From: a virus
Taxonomy: Duplodnaviria; Caudoviricetes
Virus record (IMG/VR): IMGVR_UViG_3300025416_000002
Span: 16,552 to 80,551 of that record
Reading direction: 5' to 3' (one strand)
Length of the DNA stretch: 64,000 nt
This document shows, piece by piece, positions 63,751 to 64,000 of the stretch. Numbering within the stretch: the stretch's first letter is position 1; every line of letters starts with the position of its first letter. The notes under the pieces are model-generated. The model saw only the letters and a program-made list of their open reading frames with translations, was not told where the DNA came from and ran no database searches. Position numbers and translations under genes: made by a program.

Positions 63751-63753
63751 ACC

Positions 63754-64000
63754 ATGGATTGGCAACGCCGTTACGCAATGAATGAAGATGAGTTCACTAA
63801 AGCCATGGGCTATTATTGCAACGTCGGCAACCACTATGTCAATAAAGAACCTGTATGTGATACAGAGGGATGTGAGTGGATAGGTTATCCAGAAGCAGAA
63901 TTGCTTCTTGGTGATGTAGGCGGTAACATAGAAGGCATTGGGAATAACGATCACTCTCCACTATGTCAGTTCGCTTGTAATGATCACAGATACATTAAGT
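63754..64000 (+). CDS. Cys/His-rich hypothetical protein, truncated by the window end
   Basis: Open from ATG 63754 to the end: MDWQRRYAMNEDEF...YCNVGNH...CDTEGC...LCQFACNDH. Confidence 0.55.
   Translation, partial: MDWQRRYAMNEDEFTKAMGYYCNVGNHYVNKEPVCDTEGCEWIGYPEAELLLGDVGGNIEGIGNNDHSPLCQFACNDHRYIK

Noticed and set aside
1-64000. Stop-codon reassignment
   Set aside because: Genes tile densely in code 11 with TAA, TAG and TGA all used as stops; no suppressor tRNA seen
1-64000. Prophage or integrative element
   Set aside because: No integrase, repressor cassette, att-like repeat or host housekeeping operon; dnaE, recA and groES sit in phage-type gene context

Overview
This 64-kb window is an internal slice of a large dsDNA tailed phage with a contractile tail (myovirus). 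All credible genes are on the + strand and use the standard code. The host is probably an actinobacterium: there is a WhiB gene, an MSMEG_6728/DenV-like gene, a leaderless-type promoter and a Bxz1-like tail gene order. Layout: (1) 1-25.4 kb, Ser/Thr/Gly-rich virion module: fibres, NlpC/P60 hydrolase, neck, sheath, tube, tail chaperone with a clean -1 frameshift at CCCAAAA 9944-9950, tape measure, baseplate. (2) 25.4-32.6 kb, SNF2 helicase, whiB and a six-gene glycosylation island. (3) 32.9-33.7 kb, four tRNAs. (4) 34-55 kb, replication/recombination: HslV-like protease, 5'-3' exonuclease, DnaC-like loader, DnaB, primase, SSB, GroES, DnaE, RecA, resolvases, sigma-region-4 protein, plus a LuxC-like and an Sm-like protein. 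(5) 55.3-64 kb, large Cys/His-rich orphan proteins sharing a short (F/W)-x-x-R-(Y/L)-A or K/R-x-A motif, including a WYL-domain protein and a DEDDh exonuclease. The best unexplained signals are non-coding: a covarying H-type pseudoknot in two intergenic copies (before the tRNA cluster and before dnaE), and a 29-bp hairpin whose loop mimics the 16S anti-Shine-Dalgarno tail just upstream of groES. No capsid gene, large terminase, integrase or CRISPR array was recognised. All family calls are from motif recognition by eye, not database searches.
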